Source: Candidatus Magasanikiibacteriota bacterium
GTDB lineage: Bacteria > Patescibacteriota > Patescibacteriia > Magasanikbacterales > GWA2-37-8
DNA: 64,000 bases
NCBI GenBank assembly: GCA_016182085.1
Contig: JACOYB010000004.1
Coordinates: forward strand, 75,976-139,975
Direction: 5' to 3'
Shown here: positions 43,411 through 54,274 of the stretch, one piece after another
How positions within the stretch are numbered: position 1 is the stretch's first letter
How the letters are laid out: the number at the start of each line of letters is the position of its first letter
Notes under the pieces: generated by a model
Database searches by the model: none
What the model was told of the DNA's origin: nothing
What the model saw: the letters and a program-made list of their open reading frames with translations, nothing else
Translations under genes and position numbers: made by a program

Positions 43411-43447
43411 ATCGTGGTATAGTTTTTAAGTTAAAAAATAATTTTTT

Positions 43448-43960
43448 ATGGAAGGATTATCCCCTCATAGTGGCAAACAAAGAGAGCCTGTGCCGATGAT
43501 AAAGATCCCAATAGATTCTGGCGCGCGTCGAGAAGTGGCTGGAGAGATTGGCAGTAAGGCAGAAAAACCTCGTGCTGATTTAGCAGCCAGCGGCGTCGCG
43601 AAAGAAAAAGTTGCGGAAAAAATGAGAGAGCAGGATTTTACGGCCGTAGATTTAGCTTTACGCAGAATGGTAATAGAAGCCACCAGCGGGCCGGAACTTT
43701 CAGATCCCGAAGTCAGGGCTTTAGTGGCAAAGATGAGAGAAAAAGTCGGGGAATTCGCATTTCATGACGGGGTTTTTTTGGCAGAAAAACAAAAAGCCGG
43801 GGAACCTTTTGTTGATACAAAGCGAAAAATAGAAATAACAACATCCACAGGTAAAAAAGCGGAATTTAAAGTTATGTTAAAAACCGATACGGGAGAATTT
43901 AAATTACAAGGTGATTTTTCAACTACGAGCGGTATCTATGCGGAACAGCTCATGGATTAA
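43448..43960 (+). CDS. hypothetical protein
   Basis: 170 aa, downstream of a consensus promoter. No motif recognised. Confidence 0.42.
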   Translation: MEGLSPHSGKQREPVPMIKIPIDSGARREVAGEIGSKAEKPRADLAASGVAKEKVAEKMREQDFTAVDLALRRMVIEATSGPELSDPEVRALVAKMREKVGEFAFHDGVFLAEKQKAGEPFVDTKRKIEITTSTGKKAEFKVMLKTDTGEFKLQGDFSTTSGIYAEQLMD

Positions 43961-43995
43961 GCAAGATCAGATTTTTAGTTTTTAATATTGAATGT

Positions 43996-44568
43996 ATGGC
44001 TGGAGATCGTGTGCGCGGGCCTTGGGAGGAAGAACAGCAAACAAAGTTTTTTGATGGAGCAAAAACATTTGATGATATTTTTGAATTAATTCGCAGCGCC
44101 GCGCCGGGAAGTTTGACAGATAGTTCTGGGAATGAAATAAATCCGGCCGCAGTAGTGGTCGTAAGAGACTTAGCTCAACAAGGCAAGTTGGTGGGCGGAA
44201 TAATAATAAAAGAAATTACCAGAAAGTACGGGCTTAGGGAGGCAGTCGTAAGAGCTATGGCTCCGGATTTTTTAAAGGTGAGCGGAGGGAATCTTGATTA
44301 TATTATTCAATGGCTTCTGCATGTAAAGACACAGCAAGATGGGTTGCAAGGCGTAGAAAGCGGCAGTGGAAAACCATTAACCATTTTATTTGACAGTAGC
44401 GGCAATCCCGTAAACGTAGATTATTATATTTCAACCCTAAACAGCGTCAAAAATTGGCTAGCGCAGAATCCCGGGCACCCCTATCCCGCAGACGATGACT
44501 TTTATATGCAATTTACAGGAAACAACGGTTTGCGAGAGTCAATAATGAAGGCGCTGGGACGAGTTTAG
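43996..44568 (+). CDS. hypothetical protein
   Basis: 190 aa, co-transcribed with the 43448 ORF. No motif recognised. Confidence 0.45.
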   Translation: MAGDRVRGPWEEEQQTKFFDGAKTFDDIFELIRSAAPGSLTDSSGNEINPAAVVVVRDLAQQGKLVGGIIIKEITRKYGLREAVVRAMAPDFLKVSGGNLDYIIQWLLHVKTQQDGLQGVESGSGKPLTILFDSSGNPVNVDYYISTLNSVKNWLAQNPGHPYPADDDFYMQFTGNNGLRESIMKALGRV

Positions 44569-44598
44569 CTTATGAGTTTGCGGCAGAACGCTATCCTA

Positions 44599-44627
44599 TT
44601 GACTATTTTGGGATCATCATATATACT
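44599..44627 (+). promoter_or_regulatory. str-operon promoter (TTGACT-17-TATACT) with structured leader
   Basis: Promoter 130 nt upstream of rpsL. The leader contains hairpin agaacgtccccctgcgggggttct. Confidence 0.5.
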
Positions 44628-44757
44628 CATACCCAGAACGTCCCCCTGCGGGGGTTCTCCAAAAAGACTGGAGAAAGAGACTCGTGGCTGAGCACATTTT
44701 CGTTCAGTTTTTTTGTTTAATTTAGAAATTTAAAATTTAGAATTTATTAACTAACGT

Positions 44758-45186
44758 ATGCCAACAATTAATCAACTTATCCGCAAAGGCAGAACCAGCA
44801 AGGTTCGCAAAAGTAAAGTTCCGGCTTTGCAATTTACCGTAGACAATTTGCACAGACGCAAAACTATTTTTGCTAAAGGCTCTTCTTTTAAAAGAGGTGT
44901 TTGCACCAAGGTGTATACCACTACTCCTAAAAAACCAAACTCTGCGCTTCGTAAAGTAGCCAAGGTTCGTTTGTCCAATGGTATGGAAGTAATCGCCTAT
45001 ATTCCGGGAGAAGGACACAATTTACAAGAACACTCTATCGTACTTCTTCGTGGCGGTCGTGTAAAAGACTTGCCAGGTGTACGTTATCATATCGTACGCG
45101 GTGTGTATGATGCTCAAGGCGTTGAAGGACGTCGCAAGGGCCGCAGTTTATACGGAGCCAAGAGACCAAAGGCAGCTAAGAAATAA
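44758..45186 (+). CDS. rpsL: 30S ribosomal protein S12 (with ~20-aa internal insertion)
   Basis: [12 protein letters not shown]...[29 protein letters not shown]...[19 protein letters not shown]. Carries an extra [22 protein letters not shown] segment relative to the ~124-aa canonical form. Confidence 0.93.
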   Translation: MPTINQLIRKGRTSKVRKSKVPALQFTVDNLHRRKTIFAKGSSFKRGVCTKVYTTTPKKPNSALRKVAKVRLSNGMEVIAYIPGEGHNLQEHSIVLLRGGRVKDLPGVRYHIVRGVYDAQGVEGRRKGRSLYGAKRPKAAKK

Positions 45187-45189
45187 AGT

Positions 45190-45266
45190 TGTCATCCTGA
45201 ATTCACTTCAGGATCTAAGGGATCAAAAATTGAGATGAGATGCTGAAAACTTGTTCAGCATGACAA
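45190..45266. repeat. palindromic hairpin-pair element, copy A5, in the rpsL-rpsG spacer
   Basis: tgtcatcctgaattcacttcaggatc...gatgctgaaaacttgttcagcatgacaa. Same TGTCAT...ATGACA architecture. Confidence 0.8.
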
Positions 45267-45294
45267 TATAAACTTATTATTAAATTATTGAAAT

Positions 45295-45771
45295 ATGCGC
45301 GGTGGAAATAAAGATTATAAACGAGAGATAGCTCCGGATCCAAAATTCGGCAGTGTAGCGCTCGCAAAATTCATCAATCACATCATGGAACGAGGCAAAA
45401 AAACTGTGGCTCAATCTATTGTGTATGGCGCGTTTGAAAAAATCGCCGCTACCGGAAAAGACCCAATGAAAGTTTTTGAAGAAGCGATGAAAACCGTACA
45501 GCCTCAAGTGGAAGTACGATCTCGCCGAGTCGGCGGCGCCAATTATCAGGTGCCAATGCCGGTAAGCGTTGGCAGACAAAACGCTCTAACCTTTCGCTGG
45601 GTTGTGGAGGCAGCCAGAAATAAAAAAGGACAAGCTATGGCTGATAAGTTGGCTACAGTGCTTATGGACAGCGCTCAAGGTGTTGGTGATGCGATTAAGA
45701 AACGCGACGATGTTCACAGAATGGCTGAAGCTAATAAAGCCTTTGCTCACTTTGCTAGATTTGCTAAGTAA
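45295..45771 (+). CDS. rpsG: 30S ribosomal protein S7
   Basis: 158 aa. [47 protein letters not shown]. Confidence 0.93.
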   Translation: MRGGNKDYKREIAPDPKFGSVALAKFINHIMERGKKTVAQSIVYGAFEKIAATGKDPMKVFEEAMKTVQPQVEVRSRRVGGANYQVPMPVSVGRQNALTFRWVVEAARNKKGQAMADKLATVLMDSAQGVGDAIKKRDDVHRMAEANKAFAHFARFAK

Positions 45772-45779
45772 AATTTAAT

Positions 45780-45838
45780 CGTCATCCTGAATTCATTTCA
45801 GGATCCTGTGAGATGCTGAAAACTAGTTCGGCATTACA
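45780..45838. repeat. palindromic element, copy A6 (degenerate), in the rpsG-fusA spacer
   Basis: cgtcatcctgaattcatttcaggatcctgtgagatgctgaaaactagttcggcattacaaa. ~85% identical to A5. It shares gctgaaaactagtt with the element at 2469-2582. Confidence 0.75.
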
Positions 45839-45862
45839 AATAAATATTTAGATTTATATTTT

Positions 45863-47938
45863 ATGCCTCGTGAATATCCCATAGAAAAAACTCGTAATAT
45901 CGGTATCATGGCGCACATTGACGCGGGTAAGACCACCACTTCCGAACGCGTGCTTTTTTATACCGGCAAGAAACATAAAATTGGCGAAGTGCATGAAGGT
46001 GAAGCGACCATGGACTGGATGGAACAGGAAAAAGAACGCGGTATTACCATTACTTCCGCCGCCACCACTTGTTTTTGGAAAGGCCATCGCATCAACCTCA
46101 TTGATACTCCGGGCCACGTAGACTTTACGGTAGAAGTAGAGCGATCTTTGCGCGTGCTTGATGGCGCCGTGGCTGTGTTTGACGCTTCTCAAGGCGTGGA
46201 ACCACAATCCGAAACTGTCTGGCACCAGGCCGATAAATACAACGTGCCTCGCGTTGCTTTTATAAATAAAATGGATAAGCTCGGCGCGGATTTCTACATG
46301 AGTCTTGATTCCATTAACGAACGATTGTCCGCAAATGCCGTAGCTGTACAATTACCAATTGGCGCTGATAGCAGCTTTTCCGGACTTATAGATATTATTG
46401 AAGAAAAGGCTTTTAAATTTGAAGGCGCTAAAGGTGAAAATATTGTTGAAATGCCAATTCCTGAAGACATGAAAGAAAAGGTAAAAGAATATCGCGCCAA
46501 ACTCATGGAAAAAGTAGCCGAAGCCAATGATGAAATGATGAATAAATATTTAAGCGGAGAAACTTTTTCTATCGATGAATTGAAAACAGGTATTCGCAGC
46601 ATGGTGATTAAAGGCACTATCTATCCAGTGCTTTGCGGTTCGGCACTTGCTAATATCGGCGTGCAATTAATGCTTGACGCGGTGATTGCGTATTTGCCGG
46701 CGCCAACTGACTTGCCTCCGATTAAAGGTATTAACCCGGATACTGAAGCCGAAGAAACCAGATTGCCTTCGGATAAAGAACCTTTCTGCGCTTTGGCTTT
46801 CAAAATTGCTACCGACCCGTTTGTTGGTAAACTTATTTTCTTCCGCGTTTACTCCGGTGTAGTAACTGCCGGTAGTTATGTATATAACTCAAGCACTGGC
46901 GGCAAGGAACGCTTAGGCCGCATTGTGCGTTTGCATGCCAACCAGCGCGAGGATGTGCAAGAAGTTTATGCCGGTGAAATCGCCGCCGCGATTGGTTTGA
47001 AAGAAGTAAGTACCGGTGATACGTTGTGTGATGAAGATAAGCCAATGATCATGTATCGCCCGACTTTTGCCGAACCGGTAATCTCCATGGCGATTGAGCC
47101 AAAAACCAAAGCTGACCAAGAAAAAATTGGTATGGCGCTGCAGAAACTGGCCGAAGAAGATCCAACTTTCCGCGTACATACCGATGAAGAAACCTTGCAA
47201 ACTATTATTGCGGGTATGGGTGAGCTGCACTTGGATATTCTGGTAGACCGCATGCGCCGTGAATTTAAAGTAGAAGCCAATGTTGGTAAGCCGCAAGTAG
47301 CGTATAAAGAAACAATTAAAATGTCTGCCGAAGCCCAGGGTAAATATATCAAGCAGTCCGGTGGTAAGGGTCAGTATGGTGATTGTTGGCTTAAGGTAGA
47401 ACCAAAAGAACAGGGTGCAGGGTATGAATTTGAAGATGATACCAAAGGCGGATCCATCCCTAAAGAATTTATTCCAGCTGTGGAAAAAGGTGTGAAAGCT
47501 TCGCTTACTCGCGGTATTCAAGCAGGCTATCCGGTGGTGGATATAAAAGTTACGGTGTACGACGGTTCATACCACGAAGTTGACTCTTCGGAAATGGCCT
47601 TCAAAATGGCCGGATCCATGGCTTTCCAAGCTGCTTGTAAAAAGGCAAATCCAATCATTATGGAACCGATCATGAAAGTTGAAGTCACCACTCCGGAAGC
47701 ATATATGGGTGATGTGATTGGTGATTTGAACTCAAAACGCGGACAAATTCAGGAAATGTTTGACCGAGGTCAGATCAAAGTTATTAAAGCTATTGTACCT
47801 CTCGCAAGCATGTTTGGTTACGCCACCACGCTTCGCAGTATTTCTCAGGGTCGCGCCAATTATTCCATGGAGTTCGGTCATTATGCCGAAGTGCCAAGAA
47901 ATGTGGCAGAGACTATCATTGCGGGTTCACAGAAGTAA
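45863..47938 (+). CDS. fusA: elongation factor G
   Basis: 691 aa. [32 protein letters not shown] and the domain IV/V signature. Confidence 0.95.
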   Translation: MPREYPIEKTRNIGIMAHIDAGKTTTSERVLFYTGKKHKIGEVHEGEATMDWMEQEKERGITITSAATTCFWKGHRINLIDTPGHVDFTVEVERSLRVLDGAVAVFDASQGVEPQSETVWHQADKYNVPRVAFINKMDKLGADFYMSLDSINERLSANAVAVQLPIGADSSFSGLIDIIEEKAFKFEGAKGENIVEMPIPEDMKEKVKEYRAKLMEKVAEANDEMMNKYLSGETFSIDELKTGIRSMVIKGTIYPVLCGSALANIGVQLMLDAVIAYLPAPTDLPPIKGINPDTEAEETRLPSDKEPFCALAFKIATDPFVGKLIFFRVYSGVVTAGSYVYNSSTGGKERLGRIVRLHANQREDVQEVYAGEIAAAIGLKEVSTGDTLCDEDKPMIMYRPTFAEPVISMAIEPKTKADQEKIGMALQKLAEEDPTFRVHTDEETLQTIIAGMGELHLDILVDRMRREFKVEANVGKPQVAYKETIKMSAEAQGKYIKQSGGKGQYGDCWLKVEPKEQGAGYEFEDDTKGGSIPKEFIPAVEKGVKASLTRGIQAGYPVVDIKVTVYDGSYHEVDSSEMAFKMAGSMAFQAACKKANPIIMEPIMKVEVTTPEAYMGDVIGDLNSKRGQIQEMFDRGQIKVIKAIVPLASMFGYATTLRSISQGRANYSMEFGHYAEVPRNVAETIIAGSQK

Positions 47939-48094
47939 AAAAATAAGGCAAAAACCAACCAATATACCGGTTGGTTTTTGTTTTGGTAAAAATTAGTAAT
48001 TTTATCCACATTTAATGATAAATTTATGGTTATATGCCGGTAGTTTGGTTTGATTTTTTATGGTATAATTCTTCTGTAAAGAAAGTTTGCTCTT

Positions 48095-51000
48095 ATGAAA
48101 AGGGAAAAATTTTTTAGTTTGCATTTCCTCCTTATCAAAAAAAGACTAAAGAGATTTTTTTTGTTGAATTTTCTTTCGCAAGAGAATTCATGTCTGAGTG
48201 AGCCACAGCGAGCGAAGGCGATTCTTTATCGCACCCGTCACATAGTTAATAAAAAACAATTTCGCGCCGCGACGGCTGTGGTTTTACTTATAGTTATTTT
48301 GGTAAATGTATTTTTACCTGAACCCGGGCAAATTGCCCAAGCCGCAACCTATACGTTTGTTCAAACCAGCTGGAGCGGGGGAGCAAGCGCCACCGTTCCG
48401 GTACACCCTACCAACCAAACCAGCTGGAATAAATTTTCCACTAGCACTAGTGCCTTCACAACCGGCACTACAACCGTAACTATTGCCAGTACCACATACA
48501 GTTCTACCGACGATGGAACTTTTTCATCTACCGGCAGCGCGACCGGAGGCGGTTTTAATAATGGCACGACTTCATCCGCAGCTGTTTCGGGCAGCGGCGC
48601 TTCAGCTGTAATTAAATTAACAGGGAGCTCAAGTGCGATAAATCGAGTTACCGTTACTTCCTCAAATAATGGTGCGAGCGCTAATTTTCATGGCGCTTCT
48701 CAAGTCGTTGGCGCTTCCGGATCAGATTATTTATATTTTGTTGAAGCCGCCAATGAAGGCAGGGCATTGCGCCGTTATTCTATTTCCGGAAATTCATGGA
48801 CAGATTTGGCGTCTTATACATATGCCTACTTTGGCGCTCAGTTATTATGGAATGGAAGCGATGATTATATGTATTTAGCTGAAGGCCAAAGTACTGCCTT
48901 TGTTCGTTATTCCATTTCCGGCAATTCTTGGTCATCTATGACTGCTATTCCAGCAGCACTGCCTACCGGCATTACCCAAACGGCCGCTTTGCGCTATGGC
49001 TCAGAAGATTATATCTATCTTTTTAGAGGCGCGGGGCAAACAGCATTTTATCGTTATTCAATTAGTGGAAATAGTTGGGGCACCATGACTGCATTGCCAG
49101 TCGCAGCCGATGTCGGTATCCAAGCTGTCAGAGATGCAGATGGCGATTATATTTATGTGATTACCGGAAATAGCACAGCTTTTTATCGTTATTCTATATC
49201 CGGAAATTCCTGGTCTCATATGGCTTCTAGTTCTGTAAGTCTCACCGGTAACAACGCCAGTGTTTTGCATGATGATGGCAGTGATTATATTTATCTTTTA
49301 ACTAATAATAGTTTCCTTAGATACTCCATTTCCGGAAATTCATGGTCAACTATGGCAGATGCTTCTTCAGTAAATCCTGATTTTGGTTCAACTTTAATCC
49401 ACCCTGCAGGAGGAGATGTTATATATGCGACAGGTGAGTGGGATTGTTGTGGCGCGGTAAGGGTGTGGGGGTACTCTATTTCTGGCAATAGTTGGACAGG
49501 TTACCATATAACTGCGGGTCATTCCGGTGGTTATGGCGCGCCAAATAAAACCGCATACTTAAGATCGGGCGATGAATCATTTTATTTTTTTACTGCCAAT
49601 CAGGATAATGAACTGTTTAAATACACCATGACCGAAACCGTTTATAACACTACGGGTACTTTTACTTCTGCGGCCATGGATTTGGGCGTAGCCGAAATGA
49701 AAAATTTGTCTTGGACCAGCACAACTCCGTCCGGAGTGGGTAATGATGCGATTAAATTTCAACTCGCAGCCAATAATGACAACAGCACCTGGAGCTATGT
49801 TGGCCCAGATGGAACAACTGCTACTTACTTTATAAATAATGGCTCTACTTCATTCCCATCATCTTTTCTTAATAAAAGGTATTGGCGTTATAAAGCGTAT
49901 TTAGGCACATCTAGTACCAGCGCCACGCCATCGCTGGATAATGTTACATTTTCTTATTCTTCTTACGCAACCTCCAGTTATCTTACTTCTTCTATGTACG
50001 ATGCGGGAGATCCAACTAATGTGCTCGCCAGTGTTGCTTGGAATCGGGTGGAGCCGACCAGTACGACAATTAAATTCCAGCTGCGTACCGGTTCTAGCAC
50101 TTCCAGTCTTAACACAGCTGACTTCGTTGGCCCAAGCGGTGTCAGCACGACTTACTTTACTACCAATACCGGAGAAAATACTTCTTCCACCATGCGTGAC
50201 GGATCTAACGATCGCTATTTTCAATATAAAGTTTATTTAGAAACCACAAATCGCGCCTTTACTCCTACGCTCATCGGCGTTACAACCACCTATGTAGTTA
50301 ATGCCAGTCCGGAAATACAAAATGCTTCTTCCAGTCAAATGGCCAGCGGTACGGTATCTATTACTTATCAAGTACGTGACTCAGATACAGATACTGGCAC
50401 AATAAATCCTGGGTATGTGAGCTCTACCTTTGAATATTTAGATGCGGCTGGCGCGTATCAGGTTATTCCAACTAGCCAGCTTTCTTCGGGCGCCAATACC
50501 GTGGCTGTAGACGATGTAAATTGGACTACAAGCAGTGTTACTTGGACTCCGCCGGCAGGTTTAAGTATTGCGGCCAGTAGAATTCGCGTAACATTAAATG
50601 ATAATGAGGCAGCAAATAATACTACGAGTACGATTTCAAATACGTTTCAATTAGATACCGTCACGCCAGCCTCAGGCGCGATTGTGGTGGACGGTTCGCA
50701 AACGTCGGCTTTGGTTACACTTACTGCCGTAGATAGTTCAACTCTGTATATGAAAGTGTCGCTAAATAGCACGCTTTCCGATGTTTCCAGCTGGTCGGCA
50801 TTTTCGGCTACGACCACAATTACCTTAACTTCAAATCCGGCCACCGTATATGTGCAATTTAAAGATGGGTTTAATAACACGTCCAGTATTTTTAGCGCCA
50901 CCACTCCGGAAACACCGAGCAGCACCATAGTTCAAGATATTTCTAATCTGGTAAACGGTATAACCGACTATCGTCTTTTCGTAGCTTGGAAAGTAATAAC

Positions 51001-54000
51001 TACTCCTAGCCCAGGGTTTGCTAATTACATAGTGTATAGATCGCCTGATCAATCTGTATGGACGCCGGTTGCCACCAATACTACCATCACCAACAATTAT
51101 ATTGCGGATAGTTCTGTAGTTTCTAATACGCTTTATTATTATAAAGTGAAATCAACGGATTCTTCAGGCAATGTTTCTATATTTTCATCTATAGTAAACG
51201 GCCGCGCTAACGGTGATCAAGATGCGGGTGAAGGCGGTGGTGGCGCCGGTCCGCCTATAATTACCAGCGTGGCAACCTCTTCGCCAACACCTTCTTCAAT
51301 TACCATTACTTGGAATACGGATGTGCTATCCAATTCCATTGTTGGATTCTCCACCACGGCAGGTAATTTTACCGATAATTCAGTGACGGTCGGTACGATG
51401 GTAGATAGTTCTTCCGGATCCATAGGTCCTCATACCGTAGTTTTGGGAGGACTCACGCCAAATACCACTTATTATTTTAATGTAAAATCCGTTACGGCAG
51501 CTAGTGCTTCCACCACCGAAAATAATGGCGGCAACGGATATATATTTAGAACGCCCAATGGTTCAACCATCACCGGTGTTTCAGCCTCGGAAGTTTATAA
51601 TACCTCTGCGAGAATCGTTTGGAATACTTCGGAAAATGCCGATAGCACCGTCTATTATTCCACTTCCACCAATTTATCAAACGCAATTTCTACCAGCTCA
51701 TCCGCGCTTGGCACATCGCATGATATAACGCTCACCGGACTGACCGGCGGCACGCGATATTATTTTTATGTTCAGTCTGTAAACGCGTCCCAGGTAACTT
51801 CTACAGATAAAAATTTAGTGAGCGGTGTTTATGAATATTATAATTTAGCCACCACGCTTGATACGACGGCGCCGACCATTTCTTCCATTGCCACCACAAC
51901 CAGCAATAATTCTTCAAATGTTACGTGGGTTACAAATGAAGTTGCTAACTCTCAAATAATATACGGTACAACTACCAATTACGGATCCACTACCACCTTG
52001 GATTCCACCTATACCACTCAACATCTTGTGACGGTCGCTGGCCTCGCTTCATCTACGCTGTATCACTTCAAAATTTTATCAAGAGATAAAAATGATAATT
52101 TAACCTCTTCCACCGACCAGGTAATAACCACATCCGCGGCTCCAGATGCGACGGCGCCGACAATTACCAGCGTCACTACTTCCAGCGTGACGCTTACTGG
52201 AGTTACGATTACCTGGTCAACAAACGAAAATGCCAGTTCTATTGTGGAGTATGGTCTGACTACATCTTCATATAACTATATTGCTGGTTCTAATACCACA
52301 TCGGTTACTTCACACTCTGTGTCTTTAACGGGATTAAGCGGCAATACTACATATTATTTCCGAGTCAGATCCACGGACTCATCTGGAAATGCTGGGCTCG
52401 ATGATAATAACGGCAATGGCTGGAGGTTTGTAACCGTGGCCGATACGACCGCTCCGACGATTTCTAATGTTACAATTTTAGTTAATAATACTTCTTCAAT
52501 TATTACTTGGACTACCAATGAAGCCGCCACTTCGGAAATTAACTATGATACAACTGCCGGAGTCTATGGCGCTACGGTTTCAAGTTCCACCCTTAATACC
52601 GGACATTCAATTACGCTTACCGGATTAACGGCAAATACCACCTATTATTTCCGTATCAGATCTGCAGATGCTTCCAGTAATACTAGTACGGATAATAACG
52701 GCGGCACGGGTTATAGCTTTACGACGCTGGCGGCGCCAGTTACGGTTATTGGCGGCGGCGGAAGCGGGGCGGCCGTGGATAGGGATCCGCCGTCTATTGC
52801 AAATCTTAGCATTACTGATATTACGCCAATTTCAGCAAGTGTATCTTGGAGCACAAATGAAGAGGGGAATTCTTTAATACGTTATGGTTCAACAGTCCAG
52901 TATGGAACCTTGGTTGGAAATGATGAACAATTATTATCATCTCAACATAATGTAAAACTGTTTAATTTGAAACCCGGACAAACGTATCATTTGAAAGCAG
53001 TTACCTATGATGCGGCCGGCAATCGTTCCGAGTCGCAAGACCAGATATTTACCACTCTAAATGCTGATGGTACGCAAGCAACTTCAACTGCCACTACAAC
53101 TACTGCTACAAGCACCCAAGATAGCGAGTTGCCTCCAGAAACACAATTTATATCAGAATCTTTGCAAAAAGCCTCAAGCCGATCTCTGCAGCAATTTTTG
53201 AAAGATATAGCGTCCAATCCGCTGCTTAAAGATATTCCGGAAGATAAATTTATTCAAGCATTGCTTGAAATGGCCAGTAAAGTTATAGAGGCGCCGACCA
53301 TTGTCGGTATTAAGCCAACCGTGGAGGTAAGGGGCACTACGGCAATTATTACCTGGTCTACGGATAAAAAATCGACTTCCGAAGTCAACTTTGCCAAAGA
53401 TAGTAATTATAAGCCTGCTGATCGCAGTCCGTACACCAATGCTGCGGTGAACCCCGATGAATTTGGGCTTGCTCATAGAGTAGAATTAACCGGTCTTGAT
53501 GCGGGTATTCTGTATCACTTTAAAGTGATATCCCGCGGTTTAATTGGCCCAGAAGCCTCTAGCGCTGATTTTACGTTCCGAACCTCGGGCGAGTTGCCGG
53601 CGATTTCCGATATACGAGTTACCAGACCTACGAATACTCAATCCATGGTAGTGGTGGGCTGGAGAACTAATGTTCCGACAGCCGGTACCGTAGAGTATAA
53701 GAATGCCAGATCCGGCCAATCCTTAACTCAAGGAGACGCAAGTTTGCTCATCAACCACGAGGTTACTCTGAAGTCGCTTGAAGGTGGAATAAATTATACA
53801 TTGGTTATAAAAGCTAAGGATGAATTTAACAACGAAGTTTCCAGTTTGCCGATAACATTCTCTACTTCGCTTGATAAGGCTCAACCAACCATTTCCAAAC
53901 TCTCTTCAGATTCCACATTATATCCTGGCAGAGATTCCAAAGTGCAGACAATTATTTCTTGGGAAACCGATGAACCGGCCACCTCGCAAGTATTCTATCA

Positions 54001-54256
54001 AGAAGGATTATCTGGTGATAATATCGTATCATTACCTTTGGACACGGCCTTAAATACCAGACATATTGTTGTGGTAACGAAATTTAAACCTGGTACGGTC
54101 TATAAATATTGGGTAGAATCCAAAGACTTGGCCGGCAATATGGCCAAATCCGAAGTATTCTCAATCCTGACGCCGCAAGAAAAAGAAACTATCATTGATA
54201 TTATTATCAATAATTTCCAATCAGTATTCGGCTGGACCAAAAATATTGGAATCTAG
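48095..54256 (+). CDS. giant membrane-anchored surface protein: six-blade YSISGNSW-repeat propeller plus ~10 fibronectin-III-like domains
   Basis: 2053 aa. N-terminal TM anchor (AATAVVLLIVILVNVF). Six ~55-aa repeats each containing (Y/F)(R/V)YSISGNSW(S/T). Then repeated ~95-aa modules with (I/V)TW.TNE...S...YG.T..Y......H.V.LTGL...TTYYF(R/K)(V/I)(R/K)S.D.SGN. S/T-rich linkers. Confidence 0.85.
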   Translation: MKREKFFSLHFLLIKKRLKRFFLLNFLSQENSCLSEPQRAKAILYRTRHIVNKKQFRAATAVVLLIVILVNVFLPEPGQIAQAATYTFVQTSWSGGASATVPVHPTNQTSWNKFSTSTSAFTTGTTTVTIASTTYSSTDDGTFSSTGSATGGGFNNGTTSSAAVSGSGASAVIKLTGSSSAINRVTVTSSNNGASANFHGASQVVGASGSDYLYFVEAANEGRALRRYSISGNSWTDLASYTYAYFGAQLLWNGSDDYMYLAEGQSTAFVRYSISGNSWSSMTAIPAALPTGITQTAALRYGSEDYIYLFRGAGQTAFYRYSISGNSWGTMTALPVAADVGIQAVRDADGDYIYVITGNSTAFYRYSISGNSWSHMASSSVSLTGNNASVLHDDGSDYIYLLTNNSFLRYSISGNSWSTMADASSVNPDFGSTLIHPAGGDVIYATGEWDCCGAVRVWGYSISGNSWTGYHITAGHSGGYGAPNKTAYLRSGDESFYFFTANQDNELFKYTMTETVYNTTGTFTSAAMDLGVAEMKNLSWTSTTPSGVGNDAIKFQLAANNDNSTWSYVGPDGTTATYFINNGSTSFPSSFLNKRYWRYKAYLGTSSTSATPSLDNVTFSYSSYATSSYLTSSMYDAGDPTNVLASVAWNRVEPTSTTIKFQLRTGSSTSSLNTADFVGPSGVSTTYFTTNTGENTSSTMRDGSNDRYFQYKVYLETTNRAFTPTLIGVTTTYVVNASPEIQNASSSQMASGTVSITYQVRDSDTDTGTINPGYVSSTFEYLDAAGAYQVIPTSQLSSGANTVAVDDVNWTTSSVTWTPPAGLSIAASRIRVTLNDNEAANNTTSTISNTFQLDTVTPASGAIVVDGSQTSALVTLTAVDSSTLYMKVSLNSTLSDVSSWSAFSATTTITLTSNPATVYVQFKDGFNNTSSIFSATTPETPSSTIVQDISNLVNGITDYRLFVAWKVITTPSPGFANYIVYRSPDQSVWTPVATNTTITNNYIADSSVVSNTLYYYKVKSTDSSGNVSIFSSIVNGRANGDQDAGEGGGGAGPPIITSVATSSPTPSSITITWNTDVLSNSIVGFSTTAGNFTDNSVTVGTMVDSSSGSIGPHTVVLGGLTPNTTYYFNVKSVTAASASTTENNGGNGYIFRTPNGSTITGVSASEVYNTSARIVWNTSENADSTVYYSTSTNLSNAISTSSSALGTSHDITLTGLTGGTRYYFYVQSVNASQVTSTDKNLVSGVYEYYNLATTLDTTAPTISSIATTTSNNSSNVTWVTNEVANSQIIYGTTTNYGSTTTLDSTYTTQHLVTVAGLASSTLYHFKILSRDKNDNLTSSTDQVITTSAAPDATAPTITSVTTSSVTLTGVTITWSTNENASSIVEYGLTTSSYNYIAGSNTTSVTSHSVSLTGLSGNTTYYFRVRSTDSSGNAGLDDNNGNGWRFVTVADTTAPTISNVTILVNNTSSIITWTTNEAATSEINYDTTAGVYGATVSSSTLNTGHSITLTGLTANTTYYFRIRSADASSNTSTDNNGGTGYSFTTLAAPVTVIGGGGSGAAVDRDPPSIANLSITDITPISASVSWSTNEEGNSLIRYGSTVQYGTLVGNDEQLLSSQHNVKLFNLKPGQTYHLKAVTYDAAGNRSESQDQIFTTLNADGTQATSTATTTTATSTQDSELPPETQFISESLQKASSRSLQQFLKDIASNPLLKDIPEDKFIQALLEMASKVIEAPTIVGIKPTVEVRGTTAIITWSTDKKSTSEVNFAKDSNYKPADRSPYTNAAVNPDEFGLAHRVELTGLDAGILYHFKVISRGLIGPEASSADFTFRTSGELPAISDIRVTRPTNTQSMVVVGWRTNVPTAGTVEYKNARSGQSLTQGDASLLINHEVTLKSLEGGINYTLVIKAKDEFNNEVSSLPITFSTSLDKAQPTISKLSSDSTLYPGRDSKVQTIISWETDEPATSQVFYQEGLSGDNIVSLPLDTALNTRHIVVVTKFKPGTVYKYWVESKDLAGNMAKSEVFSILTPQEKETIIDIIINNFQSVFGWTKNIGI

Positions 54257-54274
54257 CGGTATGACCAATTTAAC

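Noticed and set aside
45190-45838. Possible mini-CRISPR array (two similar ~60-80 bp repeats separated by ~520 bp)
   Set aside because: The units are internally palindromic hairpin pairs and differ at ~15% of positions. The spacer is the rpsG coding sequence. No cas genes are anywhere in the window. They belong to the dispersed palindromic family instead.
46833-47521. Several 70-200 aa minus-strand ORFs within fusA, and the similar antisense ORFs in tuf, carB, proS, tgt and uvrD
   Set aside because: All lie antisense to strongly conserved housekeeping genes and have no independent signals.
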